This document shows, in pieces, positions 9,902 through 19,427 of a DNA stretch of 64,000 bases. Numbering within the stretch: the stretch's first letter is position 1; every line of letters starts with the position of its first letter. Made by a program: the position numbers and the translations under genes. The notes under the pieces were generated by a model. That model made no database searches, was not told the origin of the DNA, and was given only the letters and a program-made list of their open reading frames with translations. The DNA is from Candidatus Spongiisociaceae bacterium (lineage in GTDB: Bacteria; Actinomycetota; Acidimicrobiia; Spongiisociales; Spongiisociaceae): NCBI GenBank assembly GCA_965262915.1, contig OZ253564.1, positions 192,001 through 256,000 on the forward strand. The letters are read 5' to 3'.

Positions 9902-9982
9902 TTATACGCAAAAATATGCGCAACGGACAGCAACCGGTAACCGGCAGCAGGGGGGATGATTCGCTTGCATTACCGTTGTCCC

Positions 9983-10738
9983 ATGGAAGGACTCTCCGGA
10001 AAGGTAGCCATCGTCACCGGCGCGGCTATGGGGATCGGCGCTCGGATAGCCGAATTGCTCCTGCAGGCCGGGGCGAGAGTCGTGGTCGGCGACATCGCCT
10101 ACGACGCTCTCGACGAGCGGTTCAGCGGTGTCGAGAATGTCCGGATTCGTCATGCCGACGTCAGGCGGAGATCGGATTGCGAAGCTCTCGCAGTTGCTGC
10201 GATCAGCCGGCACGGCCGGGTGGACATCCTGATCAACAACGCCGGCATCACCAGACGGGCACCGCTGGAGGACACCACCGACGAGCTGTGGGACAACGTG
10301 CTACAGACCAACCTGGCCAGCGCCTTCTACATGGCGCGGGCGGTGGTCCCGACGATGCAGGCCCAAGGGGGTGGAGCGATCGTCAACGTAGCGTCGATCA
10401 ACGCCATCCGGGGCAACCTGGAACTCACCGCCTATGGCGCCTCCAAGGGCGGGATGACCGGAATGACCCGGGTAATGGCTATGGAGTTGGCTCCCGACAA
10501 CATCCGGGTGAACGCCCTGTGTCCCGGCGCTGTGGACACGCCGATGAACGACCGGTACCTGGCGTCCGTCGCGGACCCGGAAGCGACCATGGAGATGCTC
10601 GTCGCCAAACATCCCCTAGGTCGTATCGCCACGGCCGACGACGTTGCCTGGGCAGCACTCTTCCTGGCCTCGGACAGGGCATCCTTCATCACCGGCGTGT
10701 CGCTGCCGGTCGACGGCGGACGTCATCTGGGCAGATGA
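9983..10738 (+). CDS. SDR family oxidoreductase
   Basis: TGAAMGIG, NNAG, YGASK, ITGVSLPVDGG. Confidence 0.92.
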   Translation: MEGLSGKVAIVTGAAMGIGARIAELLLQAGARVVVGDIAYDALDERFSGVENVRIRHADVRRRSDCEALAVAAISRHGRVDILINNAGITRRAPLEDTTDELWDNVLQTNLASAFYMARAVVPTMQAQGGGAIVNVASINAIRGNLELTAYGASKGGMTGMTRVMAMELAPDNIRVNALCPGAVDTPMNDRYLASVADPEATMEMLVAKHPLGRIATADDVAWAALFLASDRASFITGVSLPVDGGRHLGR

Positions 10739-10783
10739 AGGTTCCGTAGACGGGCGGCTGAAGCAGCCGAGAGGAGGAAGGTC

Positions 10784-11812
10784 ATGACGCTGATGAGAGC
10801 CATCGTCTTCGGGGACGACCGAACTATCCGGCTGGAAGAGGTCCCGGTCCCCGAGGTGGGAACCGGCGACGTGCTGCTGCGCCCCCACTTCTGCGGGATT
10901 TGCGGAACCGACCTGCACGCTCCTTCCATGACCGCCCCCTTCCGCTCGGGGGTCGTCATGGGACACGAGTTCTCGGGCGAGGTGGTGGCGACCGGCGAGC
11001 AGGTGCAGGGATGGGAACCCGGCACGCGGGTGGTGGTGAACCCCAACGGGAACCTCTGCGGAACGTGCGGGGCCTGCCGGGACGCCAGGTTCAACCTCTG
11101 CCGCTCGGCCGTGTTCGACAACGGGATCGGGATCCGGCACCCCGGCGGCATGGCGGAGTTCGTAACGGTCGACCCGAAGGTACTCCATCGTCTGCCCGAT
11201 TCCGTCAGTTCCGAGCAGGGCGCCTTCGTCGAGCCGCTGGCCACCGCGATACGGGTAGTACGGCGCTCTCGCTTCCGCCTCGGAAGCTCCGCAGCGGTGA
11301 TCGGGACCGGACCCGTCGGCCTGCTGGTCATCCAAGCCCTGCGACGCGCCGGCGCCGCGACGATTACCGCCATCGAGTTGTCGGCGTTCCGGCGCCAGGC
11401 AGCCTTGAACCTGGGCGCCGACCTCGCTCTCGATCCCGAGACGGAACCACCGGCCGACCTGTTCGGAACCGAACTCGAACCCCCCGAGTTCGTCTTCGAA
11501 TGCTCCGGAGCCCAGGGCACCCTCGAGCTCGCAATCGACATCGTCCGCTACGGCGGACGGGTCGCCCTTACGGGTCTCCCCTCTCGCCCAGTCGAGCTAA
11601 CCGCCACCACAGTGATCGGCAAAGAGGTCGACATCGTCGGGAGCATCATCTACGTCGAAGAATTCCCCCTCGCCATCGACCTGCTGGCCAAGGGAGCCTT
11701 CGACATCGAGAGCCTCATCTCCCTCGTTCTCCCGATAGCCCGTTTCGACGAAGCCTTCGCAGCTCTCGCCAACCCCGTCTCGACCCTGAAGGTCCTGCTC
11801 CACCCCGGCTGA
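10784..11812 (+). CDS. Zinc-dependent medium-chain dehydrogenase
   Basis: GICGTD, GHEFSG, CGTCGAC...C, GTGPVG. Confidence 0.92.
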   Translation: MTLMRAIVFGDDRTIRLEEVPVPEVGTGDVLLRPHFCGICGTDLHAPSMTAPFRSGVVMGHEFSGEVVATGEQVQGWEPGTRVVVNPNGNLCGTCGACRDARFNLCRSAVFDNGIGIRHPGGMAEFVTVDPKVLHRLPDSVSSEQGAFVEPLATAIRVVRRSRFRLGSSAAVIGTGPVGLLVIQALRRAGAATITAIELSAFRRQAALNLGADLALDPETEPPADLFGTELEPPEFVFECSGAQGTLELAIDIVRYGGRVALTGLPSRPVELTATTVIGKEVDIVGSIIYVEEFPLAIDLLAKGAFDIESLISLVLPIARFDEAFAALANPVSTLKVLLHPG

Positions 11813-11861
11813 CCACGAGGCGCTTGTCGCGTCTCGTGCTGTCACAGGAAGTGGTCTATGA

Positions 11862-11873
11862 TGGACTAGTCCA
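11862..11873. promoter_or_regulatory. Palindrome TGGACTAGTCCA, candidate TA operator
   Basis: Perfect 12-bp palindrome about 20 bp upstream of the antitoxin. Confidence 0.55.
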
Positions 11874-11893
11874 CTGCGGGGAGATGCGAGGCC

Positions 11894-12172
11894 ATGACTG
11901 ATGCCGGAGCGGCGCGGGTTTGGACCGTTGCCGAGGCCAAGGGCCGTCTCTCCGAGATCCTGCGCCTCGCGGAAACGGAGGGACCGCAGCACATAGGTGT
12001 CCACCGGTCGTTCGTGGTCGTTCCCGCAGCCACGTGGTACGAGAAGGCGCCACCTCGCCAACCTCTGGGGAAGTGGTTGATAGAGAACGTCCCGCGCGGC
12101 CTGAACCTTGATGTGCCGAGCGATAGACGATCCGAAAGAGAGATCCCCTTCAGCGAACAGGCACCGGATTGA
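11894..12172 (+). CDS. Phd/YefM-family antitoxin
   Basis: WTVAEAKGRLSEILRLAETEGPQ; overlaps the PIN toxin start. Confidence 0.85.
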   Translation: MTDAGAARVWTVAEAKGRLSEILRLAETEGPQHIGVHRSFVVVPAATWYEKAPPRQPLGKWLIENVPRGLNLDVPSDRRSEREIPFSEQAPD

Positions 12173-12588
12173 ACGGCTTTCTCCTGGACGCCAATGTGGT
12201 GTCGGAACTGACAAGAGATGATCCTTCGCCGCACGTCATCGGGTTTCTGGCTGATCATGACGACTTGTGGCTGTCGTCGATCACCATACATGAGCTGGAA
12301 TACGGCCTGCGGTTGCTCCCGGCCGGACAGCGGAGGGATCGCCTCAGCGCGATGGTCTCGAGCATCGTCTCCATATACCAGGACCGCATCCTGACGCTTG
12401 ACAGGACCGGAGCAGAGTGGTCCGCTCGATTCCGAGTACAGGAGCGCCGATCCGGACGAGTCCTCGACCTCGGAGACGCACTCATCGCCGGAATCGCCCG
12501 TGCCAACGATCTGGCGGTCGCAGCCCGCAACGTAGACGACTTCCAGTTCCTCGCCATAGAAATCTTCAACCCTTGGCGACCCGGGTAG
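12169..12588 (+). CDS. vapC: VapC-family PIN-domain toxin
   Basis: FLLDANVVSE, ELEYG, DALIAGIA, RNVDDF, NPW. Confidence 0.9.
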   Translation: MNGFLLDANVVSELTRDDPSPHVIGFLADHDDLWLSSITIHELEYGLRLLPAGQRRDRLSAMVSSIVSIYQDRILTLDRTGAEWSARFRVQERRSGRVLDLGDALIAGIARANDLAVAARNVDDFQFLAIEIFNPWRPG

Positions 12589-12899
12589 TCCCCATCCTTC
12601 ACGCTGTAACACCCGATCATGCAGCAGCGGGAGCCCACTGGCTCACCGTACCCGCCTGTGCAGATCCAAGTACATGCCCAGATGAGCTATTTGTCTCATA
12701 TGGACAACATGTGCGTTCACACACATATCCTGAAAACCTGGCTTACCGAGCGCTTCGTCAGTCAGAGCGGCCAACCGCGGACACGACGGCGACCCTTGAG
12801 TTGCCCTGAAGATCGTTTTGTGCAACACCAGCAAGTCACTATACTGAGCATATGAGGCCCCGCCGGTGGGCCGTACCGGAGTACAGCGAGGGGTCTACG

Positions 12900-13967
12900 A
12901 TGGCGCGCCTACCCAGCCCCGCCGCGACCCGGCGACTGTTCAACATGGCTGCCGAAGAGATTGAGGCCTTCCTGCCCGATGCCTGGAAGCTTGACGTCAT
13001 CGGTCGATCCGATACGGGCGGATCGGTTCGCGTGGCTGCCCCGGACGATGCCGCCGCCATCATCACCGTCATGGTCCGCGATCGGCTGGCCGCTCGGGAG
13101 GCCGCTGCTCTCCCCGAGCCGGGCGGACCGACGATCATCGCGGCGCCCTGGTTGAGCCCGCGCACCCGGGAACTGCTCGAGAAGGGCGGGTTCAACTACA
13201 TCGACCAGACCGGCAACACCTCTATCAAGGTCAACCGGCCTGGACTGGTCGTGCGCACACAGGGCGCGCTCCGTGATCCGTCACCCCCTCCGCGAACGCG
13301 TCCTAGCCTCCGTGGCCCGCGCTCCTGGGCCCTGATGCGAACACTGGTCGAGGTGGAGCCTCCCTACGGCGTGACCGACCTCTCGCGAATGCTGGGAATG
13401 GACCCGGGCTACGTGTCGCGCCTGCTCACCACCCTCTCCGAAGAGTTGCTGATCACCCGCAAGCCCCGCGGTCCTGTCGAGAGGGTCGCATGGGAGTCCC
13501 TGCTGCGCCAGATCGCCGTGGACTACTCCCTGTACAGGTCCAATGAGACCACCAGCTGGACAGCCGGCACCGGTCCCGAACAGTTCCTCCGGGACCTAGC
13601 AGCAGAAGACGAGACAGGGTGGGCGATCACAGGGTCCTTCGCCGCGGAGAGGCTCGTTTCGGTAGCACCGGCCGTGGTGGCGGTCGTCTATACCGAGGAT
13701 CCCGAGCACTTGGCCGAGGTCGCAAGACTCCGCCAGGTACGAACCGGCGGGAACGTGAGGCTCGCCCGTCCCTACGACCCGATCGTGTTCGAGCGCACGT
13801 GGACCAGGGACAGCGTGGTCTACGTGTCGACTGCCCAGGTCGCCGTGGACTGCCTGACCGGCCCGAGCAGGATGCCTGCCGAGGGAGAAGCCCTACTCGC
13901 CTGGATGCGCACTCGCCTCGCCAATTGGCGATGCCCGCCGCTCCGAGGCGGAGAAGGCACCGTATGA
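12900..13967 (+). CDS. AbiEi-like (type IV TA) antitoxin / HTH protein
   Basis: APWLSPRTRELL..GFNYIDQTGN, central HTH (GVTDLSRMLGMDPGYVSRLL), QVAVDCL; coupled (ATGA) to a nucleotidyltransferase. Confidence 0.7.
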   Translation: MARLPSPAATRRLFNMAAEEIEAFLPDAWKLDVIGRSDTGGSVRVAAPDDAAAIITVMVRDRLAAREAAALPEPGGPTIIAAPWLSPRTRELLEKGGFNYIDQTGNTSIKVNRPGLVVRTQGALRDPSPPPRTRPSLRGPRSWALMRTLVEVEPPYGVTDLSRMLGMDPGYVSRLLTTLSEELLITRKPRGPVERVAWESLLRQIAVDYSLYRSNETTSWTAGTGPEQFLRDLAAEDETGWAITGSFAAERLVSVAPAVVAVVYTEDPEHLAEVARLRQVRTGGNVRLARPYDPIVFERTWTRDSVVYVSTAQVAVDCLTGPSRMPAEGEALLAWMRTRLANWRCPPLRGGEGTV

Positions 13968-14815
13968 CTCAGCCCATGTCGCCGGCTTTCGAATACGTGG
14001 CGGCCCGGCGCGTCCTGCTCGATGCTCTGGTCGCTCTCGAGCCGCACATAGACGCGATGGTCGTGATAGGCGCTCAGGCTGTGTATCTGAGAACCGAAGA
14101 TCAGATGCCGAGCTACCAGCCCTTTACCACCGACGCCGACCTGGTCATCGACCCTGGCCTGCTCGCGGAAGCCCCGCTGCTCGGAGACGCAATGCTCTCG
14201 GCGGGCTTCAACAAGAGAAGGGAGCCCGGAATCTGGATCCGACGTATTGCGCATCCCGCCTTCGACCATGACATCGCAATTCCCGTAGATCTGATCGTTC
14301 CCTCACAGGTAGCGCCGAGTGCGGGCCGACGGGGCGCCCGCCTACCAGGAGGGCACGGGAATAGGGCGGCTTGCAAGACCAGGGGCGTCGAAGGCGCACT
14401 CGTAGACAACGACCCTCTTCTCATCGAGGCGCTCGATGCCCAAGATGATCGCCGTCTGATCGTGAACGTCGCCGGAACTGCCGCACTCGTCGTCGCCAAA
14501 GCCCACAAGCTAGGCGAGCGCCTGGCCACACCCTCCCGTCTCATAGCCAAGGACGCCGGCGACCTGTACCGGCTGTTCGAGGCGACCACACTGGCACAGA
14601 TGGCGGGCACGACCGCACGGTTGCTTGCCGATCAACGCTCGGCTGCGGTAACCGAGCAGGCCCTTGACCATCTCGTCCAACTGTTCGGAACGCCCGGTAG
14701 TCCGGGAGTCGAACTCGCTAGCCAGGCACTCGCCGATGTAGCGGACGCATCGACCGTCGCCGCGATGATCGTCGGATACACCCGCGACCTGGCCCAAGCC
14801 GCGAGCGGCGGCTAG
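13964..14815 (+). CDS. Nucleotidyltransferase-fold toxin (AbiEii/MenT-like)
   Basis: VVIGAQAV...TTDADL NTase motif, LVVAKAHK, KDAGD. Confidence 0.72.
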   Translation: MTQPMSPAFEYVAARRVLLDALVALEPHIDAMVVIGAQAVYLRTEDQMPSYQPFTTDADLVIDPGLLAEAPLLGDAMLSAGFNKRREPGIWIRRIAHPAFDHDIAIPVDLIVPSQVAPSAGRRGARLPGGHGNRAACKTRGVEGALVDNDPLLIEALDAQDDRRLIVNVAGTAALVVAKAHKLGERLATPSRLIAKDAGDLYRLFEATTLAQMAGTTARLLADQRSAAVTEQALDHLVQLFGTPGSPGVELASQALADVADASTVAAMIVGYTRDLAQAASGG

Positions 14816-15369
14816 CAACCGCAAGCCCACTCAGCGCTGGGGGGCGGATGCTCCGACAACGTATGCTGAATTCGGAACGGTCCAGTCCGTGCGTTTTGAG
14901 CCAAGACGGCGGTCCATGTGGGTTGGAGGGAGGGCGGGCGGCTACCTCTAACCCATCAGGACCCGCTCCATCCATAGAAGCTGATGACCTCCACTAGTGT
15001 CCCAATTCCGAGATCCGCCGACGATATCCGTACCAGCACCGGGCTACCACCCGGAGCCCGAGAACGCGAGCAACACCGGACCTGTTGCCTCCGGCGGGAA
15101 ACTCATCGAGCCGGACATCGTCGTAGAGGGCCTGACGGTCGACCAGTTCATAGCGGAAGCTACCGAAGACACATTGACTAACGCACACCTCCGGGACCTC
15201 TGGCTGCTGTACAGGACCGCGTTGGTAGAGCGGTAAATTTATCGGACTACCCACCTTAATCTACTGTAACAGCTCTTAACTGTTGGCAGCGCTCCGCCCT
15301 TTGCGCTTAGGACACTAGAATAGGAATTGTGTACAACAAACATGACACCGCGAGCCATCGGGGAAAAGC

Positions 15370-16224
15370 TTGACGCTCAACGCCAGTTTCGTTCGCGCTG
15401 TGAGACAGGTGGGCCGCTACGGTGAGGGTCGCGGCGGTCATGGGCTAGCCCTACTGGTGCGATCAAGAGCAGGGGGAGGAATCCGGAAGTCTTGGATTCA
15501 GCGGATTCGTATAGACGGGCAAACTACGAACATCGGCCTCGGTCCCTATCCAGTGGTCACATTGGCTGAGTCTAGAAGGCGTGCCCTAAAGAACCGCAGA
15601 AAAGTCGGTAAGGGGATAGACCCGCGTCGTAGTACTGGCAACGGCCATGTGCCGTCGTTCGCAGAGGCGACTGACGCCGTCATCGCCATATACCGAACTG
15701 GTTGGAAGCTGGGTGGCCGCACCGAGCAGAAATGGCGGACGACGCTGCGGGACTATGCGTTTCCGACATTAGGGGCCAAGCCGGTTGACAAGATAACGAC
15801 AGCCGCTGTCATGGCTGTCTTAGTTCCTATCTGGCACGAGAAGCCCGTACTGGCCAGGACCCTCAAGCAACGGATCGGTGCGATCATGCGCTGGGCGGTC
15901 TGCCAAGGGTTCCGAGCAGATAACCCGGCTGGGGATGTCATCGGGGCAGGGCTCCCGAAGCAGAATGGTCACACCAACCACCATCGCGCCGTGCCCCACA
16001 ACCAAGTCGCATCGGTTATCGACGCGGTCCGCCGGTCAGCGGCTCTCCCAACCACGCGCGCCTGCTTCGAGTTCCTAGTCCTGACTGCCGCTCGGACTAG
16101 CGAAGCCAGGCTAGCGCGCTGGTCGGAGGTTGATATGGAAGGAGCTGTGTGGACCATTCCTGGAGAGAGGATGAAGTCAGGCCGGGAGCACCGGGTACCT
16201 CTCTCGGTGCGGACGCTCGAAGTC
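15370..16224 (+). pseudogene. 3'-truncated P4-type tyrosine integrase
   Basis: Arm-binding N-terminus, LTAARTSE, MKSGREHRVPLS; lacks HxxR and the catalytic Tyr; paralogous to 46845-48032. Confidence 0.85.
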
Positions 16225-16910
16225 ACCAGGAAGCGCACCGCTCCCAGTCCCTCCACGAGACGCCGGTCCCGGTAACGGGTGAGTATCAGCTCGAGCATCA
16301 CGTAGTTGGTGAGCAGGATGTCGGGCGGTTGGTGCTGGATCCGGTCCCGGGTCTCATGGTCATCCTGGCCCGTGTAACGCTCGAAGGTCACCGGGCTATC
16401 CACCCACGGCCCGTAGTCCAGAAACTTGGAGAGTTCCTCCATCTGGCTGTTGGCCAAGGCGTTCATCGGGTACACGACGACGGCCTTCACGCCGGTGCCG
16501 GAGCCGGTGCGGAGCACATGATCGACGATGGGGATGATGTAGGCCAGGCTCTTGCCAGAGCCCGTTCCCGTCGTGAGTACGTAGTTGCGGTCGTTGGCTG
16601 CAACCCGTATCGCCTCTGTCTGGTGGCGGTACAGCGACAGAGGCCTGCCAACCGCATCGGTAGGCGACTTCTGCAGGCGGAAGATCGAGGGGGCACCCGG
16701 ATGTAGCAGACCTTCCTCTACGAGATCCTCGATAGTCCCGCCTTCCTCGAAGGCCGGGTTCAGACCCACTCTCGGATGGGGCCAGAGTCTTCCCGAGTCG
16801 AGCGCCTCCTCCACGCAGGTCCGGATGCGGTCGTCACGGATGCGCATGAAGCTGGTGGCGTAATCACGGTAGGTGTCGATAAGCCCTTCGCGCAGGTCGA
16901 ATACATCCAT
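16224..16910 (-). pseudogene. 3'-truncated DEAD/DEAH-box (SF2) helicase
   Basis: LYRHQ, TTGTGSGKSLAY, VYPMNALANSQ, PDILLTNYVMLELIL; breaks at RFLV just before the Walker B DExH. Confidence 0.85.
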
Positions 16911-19198
16911 CAGCCGGATCTCGACATATCCGGCTGCCAGAACTGATGCTGGCCGATTTCGGCCTGGCGGTGTTCGAAACGGTCGACCACATAGACCAGC
17001 GCCTCGCTGGGCAAGTCGTCATAGAGCAAGACCAGGACATCCCGGGCTCTCGTCATAGCCACGAACAGCTGTGAAATCTCCAATTCCCGCGCCTCGGCGG
17101 CTTCCTCGACGGTCTGGTCGCGCTTGGGCTTCCTCGGAAAGCGACCCCTGGTTAGGTCAGGGAGGAACACCACTTTGAACTCGAGACCCTTGCCCCGGTG
17201 GAACGTTCCTACCTTGATGCGGTTGTTCGGTCTCCCGCTGTAGTTCTCGAGTCGTTGTGCTGCGGAGGGCGTCCGTTCGATGCGATCACATACCTTCTTC
17301 ACCTGATGCTTCATCGGCACGAGAACCGCTATATCGCCGGGTCCGATGTTCTTGTCCGCCTTGGTGATCTCGCCGATCCTGCGAACGATCTCATCGAGTT
17401 GGGCATCCAATCCCGATGCATTCACCAGCAACGGGCGTAGGCCCCGCCGAGAGGTGTCCGCCCGCTGATCACCTCGCCGGAAGTCTTCAGCGAGGTCATG
17501 GATTTCGTTGTCGCCGGCCACCGCCATGGCCGCGCCGAGGATCTCGTCGGTGTTGCGGTAGTTGACCGATAGGACCGTAGTTCGGCCCCGAACCTCGATC
17601 CCGGCCTGGCGGAGCGTGTAACCACCGGGATAGATACGCTGAGCGCCGTCGCCGAGGATGAGCATCCCGTTGGGCCGGTCGCTGTCCGGGTGGGGGGCGT
17701 TGACGAGAGCCCGCAGAAGCAGGAGCCCGGCCATCGTGATGTCTTGGGCTTCGTCGACGATGACGGCCGAGTAGAGGGGCACGTCGAGGCGGCGCGCATG
17801 GTGGAGCGCCCGCAGGACGACATCGGGGAAGTCGACCACCAGCCGGCCAGCCATCTCCTCATCCCAAGCCTCCCGGAGACCCCATACCTGGGCTCTCAGA
17901 TTCCGACCCATCGGAACCCGCCTGCCGACCCGAGCGATCCGGAGGTACTCGTCGAGCGAGTCGATGGCTCGGCCCTTGATGACCACGGTTATCTCCTCGC
18001 GTAGGTATCGCTCGGTGAACGCGCTGCGGGCCAACGGCGAGCCGGGGGCGACGATCCTCATGAGGGCTGCCCTGAAAGCCGCATCCACCAGTTTCCTGTT
18101 GACGATCAACCGTTCGCCTGCCGCGTGGCATACCTTGCGGGCGAGGCGGTCGACATTGACGAACTCCACCTCACCGGCGAGGGCTTCTGGCAGGCGCAGA
18201 TACAGCGCCTGGAAAACCGGTGGCAGCGTCTTGATGAACGTGGTGAACAGGACGGGCCGTACCGTTTCGCCGGTCCGGATGAGCTGCGCCCTCCGTTCGT
18301 GTTTGAGAGCCGAGTTCCGCTTGGCAAGCCACACCGCCCTATGGAGGCCTACCACGGTCTTGCCTGTACCAGCGGAGCCGCGGACCCTTGCCGGCCCCGC
18401 GTATTGCCGACTGATCGCCGACCTCTGGTCAGGATGGAGGAAGATCATCCAATCTTCGATCGGCTGACCCATGACTTCGGCCAGGAACTCCGGCTCGACA
18501 CGGGTGAACCACGCACCCATCAGGTCTCCCGCCAGATGGCGCTCAATCTCGCGGTCCTCCTCGGTGACTTCCGGAGGCACCGGGTCCTCCTCAAGATCGA
18601 GTCCGGGGGCTGCGGCTCGCTCACCGTCCGGGTGCCCGTGTGCGATCAGGTTGTAGGCAGGCTCGAAGTACCGAAGGCCGAGTTCGTCCTCAAGGTCGAG
18701 AAACTCGTAGTCGCTATCGACACGGCGCAGATTGGCTACGACCGGCTCCGGGAACCCGAAGGATGCGAGTTCCGCGTCGGTCCAGGCCATGAACAGCTTG
18801 CCGACTTTCTCCCTCTGGCGCTGGTAGGTCTGGTCGACACCCGAGTCGGTCGCCTGCTCGAAGACGGTGTAGGCCCGGGTCGCCGGATCGATGTCAACGC
18901 GCATCCGCCTGATCCGGTCGTAGACCTTATGGGTCCCGTACAAGAGGAGGACGATGGTGTTGTTGAACAGCTGCCAGACGATCCGGCGGTCACTGGCCCG
19001 TCCGCCCACATCCGAGGCGTACACCTTCTTCCCGTTGGTCGCCACCCCGACACCATGCGTGCTCAGCTTGGGGTTCCGGAACGGCTTGCGACCAAGCTGG
19101 GTGAGCGAGTCCACCAGGGCGCCCTTGTACGCGTCGTCGCGGCGCATCGAGTAGACACAGTCCCAGAACGACTGCGCCTGCACGACCTGGTAGTCCAT
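16910..19198 (-). CDS. UvrD/SF1 helicase with N-terminal RelE/ParE-like domain
   Basis: FLHPDQ, GSAGTGKT, VDEAQD, GDGAQRIY, NYRNT, TFHRGKGLEF, LFVAMTRARD; N-terminal ~100 aa end in RIVW...VLLLYGTH..VY. Confidence 0.85.
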   Translation of the reverse strand: MDYQVVQAQSFWDCVYSMRRDDAYKGALVDSLTQLGRKPFRNPKLSTHGVGVATNGKKVYASDVGGRASDRRIVWQLFNNTIVLLLYGTHKVYDRIRRMRVDIDPATRAYTVFEQATDSGVDQTYQRQREKVGKLFMAWTDAELASFGFPEPVVANLRRVDSDYEFLDLEDELGLRYFEPAYNLIAHGHPDGERAAAPGLDLEEDPVPPEVTEEDREIERHLAGDLMGAWFTRVEPEFLAEVMGQPIEDWMIFLHPDQRSAISRQYAGPARVRGSAGTGKTVVGLHRAVWLAKRNSALKHERRAQLIRTGETVRPVLFTTFIKTLPPVFQALYLRLPEALAGEVEFVNVDRLARKVCHAAGERLIVNRKLVDAAFRAALMRIVAPGSPLARSAFTERYLREEITVVIKGRAIDSLDEYLRIARVGRRVPMGRNLRAQVWGLREAWDEEMAGRLVVDFPDVVLRALHHARRLDVPLYSAVIVDEAQDITMAGLLLLRALVNAPHPDSDRPNGMLILGDGAQRIYPGGYTLRQAGIEVRGRTTVLSVNYRNTDEILGAAMAVAGDNEIHDLAEDFRRGDQRADTSRRGLRPLLVNASGLDAQLDEIVRRIGEITKADKNIGPGDIAVLVPMKHQVKKVCDRIERTPSAAQRLENYSGRPNNRIKVGTFHRGKGLEFKVVFLPDLTRGRFPRKPKRDQTVEEAAEARELEISQLFVAMTRARDVLVLLYDDLPSEALVYVVDRFEHRQAEIGQHQFWQPDMSRSG

Positions 19199-19427
19199 CC
19201 TCCAACCTCCATCCACCGCCGCCACGGATAGAACAGCAGTGCAGGGTAGTGCGCGAATATTCCATCACAGTAGAAAGGAGTTGCCACGCTCCGCAGCGGA
19301 CCCGGAACTGCTCCCTAGCTGACGTGCGCCGGATGTTCGAGGCGGCCCATCAGGGGCGATCGCGGTAGGGGTACCTCACGTGCACGGGTAGTCGGAGCCA
19401 GAGGGAAGACCGGCCCGGATGCTCCGT

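Noticed and set aside
14997-15236. 79-aa ORF upstream of the truncated integrase
   Set aside because: The C-terminal half looks protein-like but has no recognisable family or convincing start; probably a remnant
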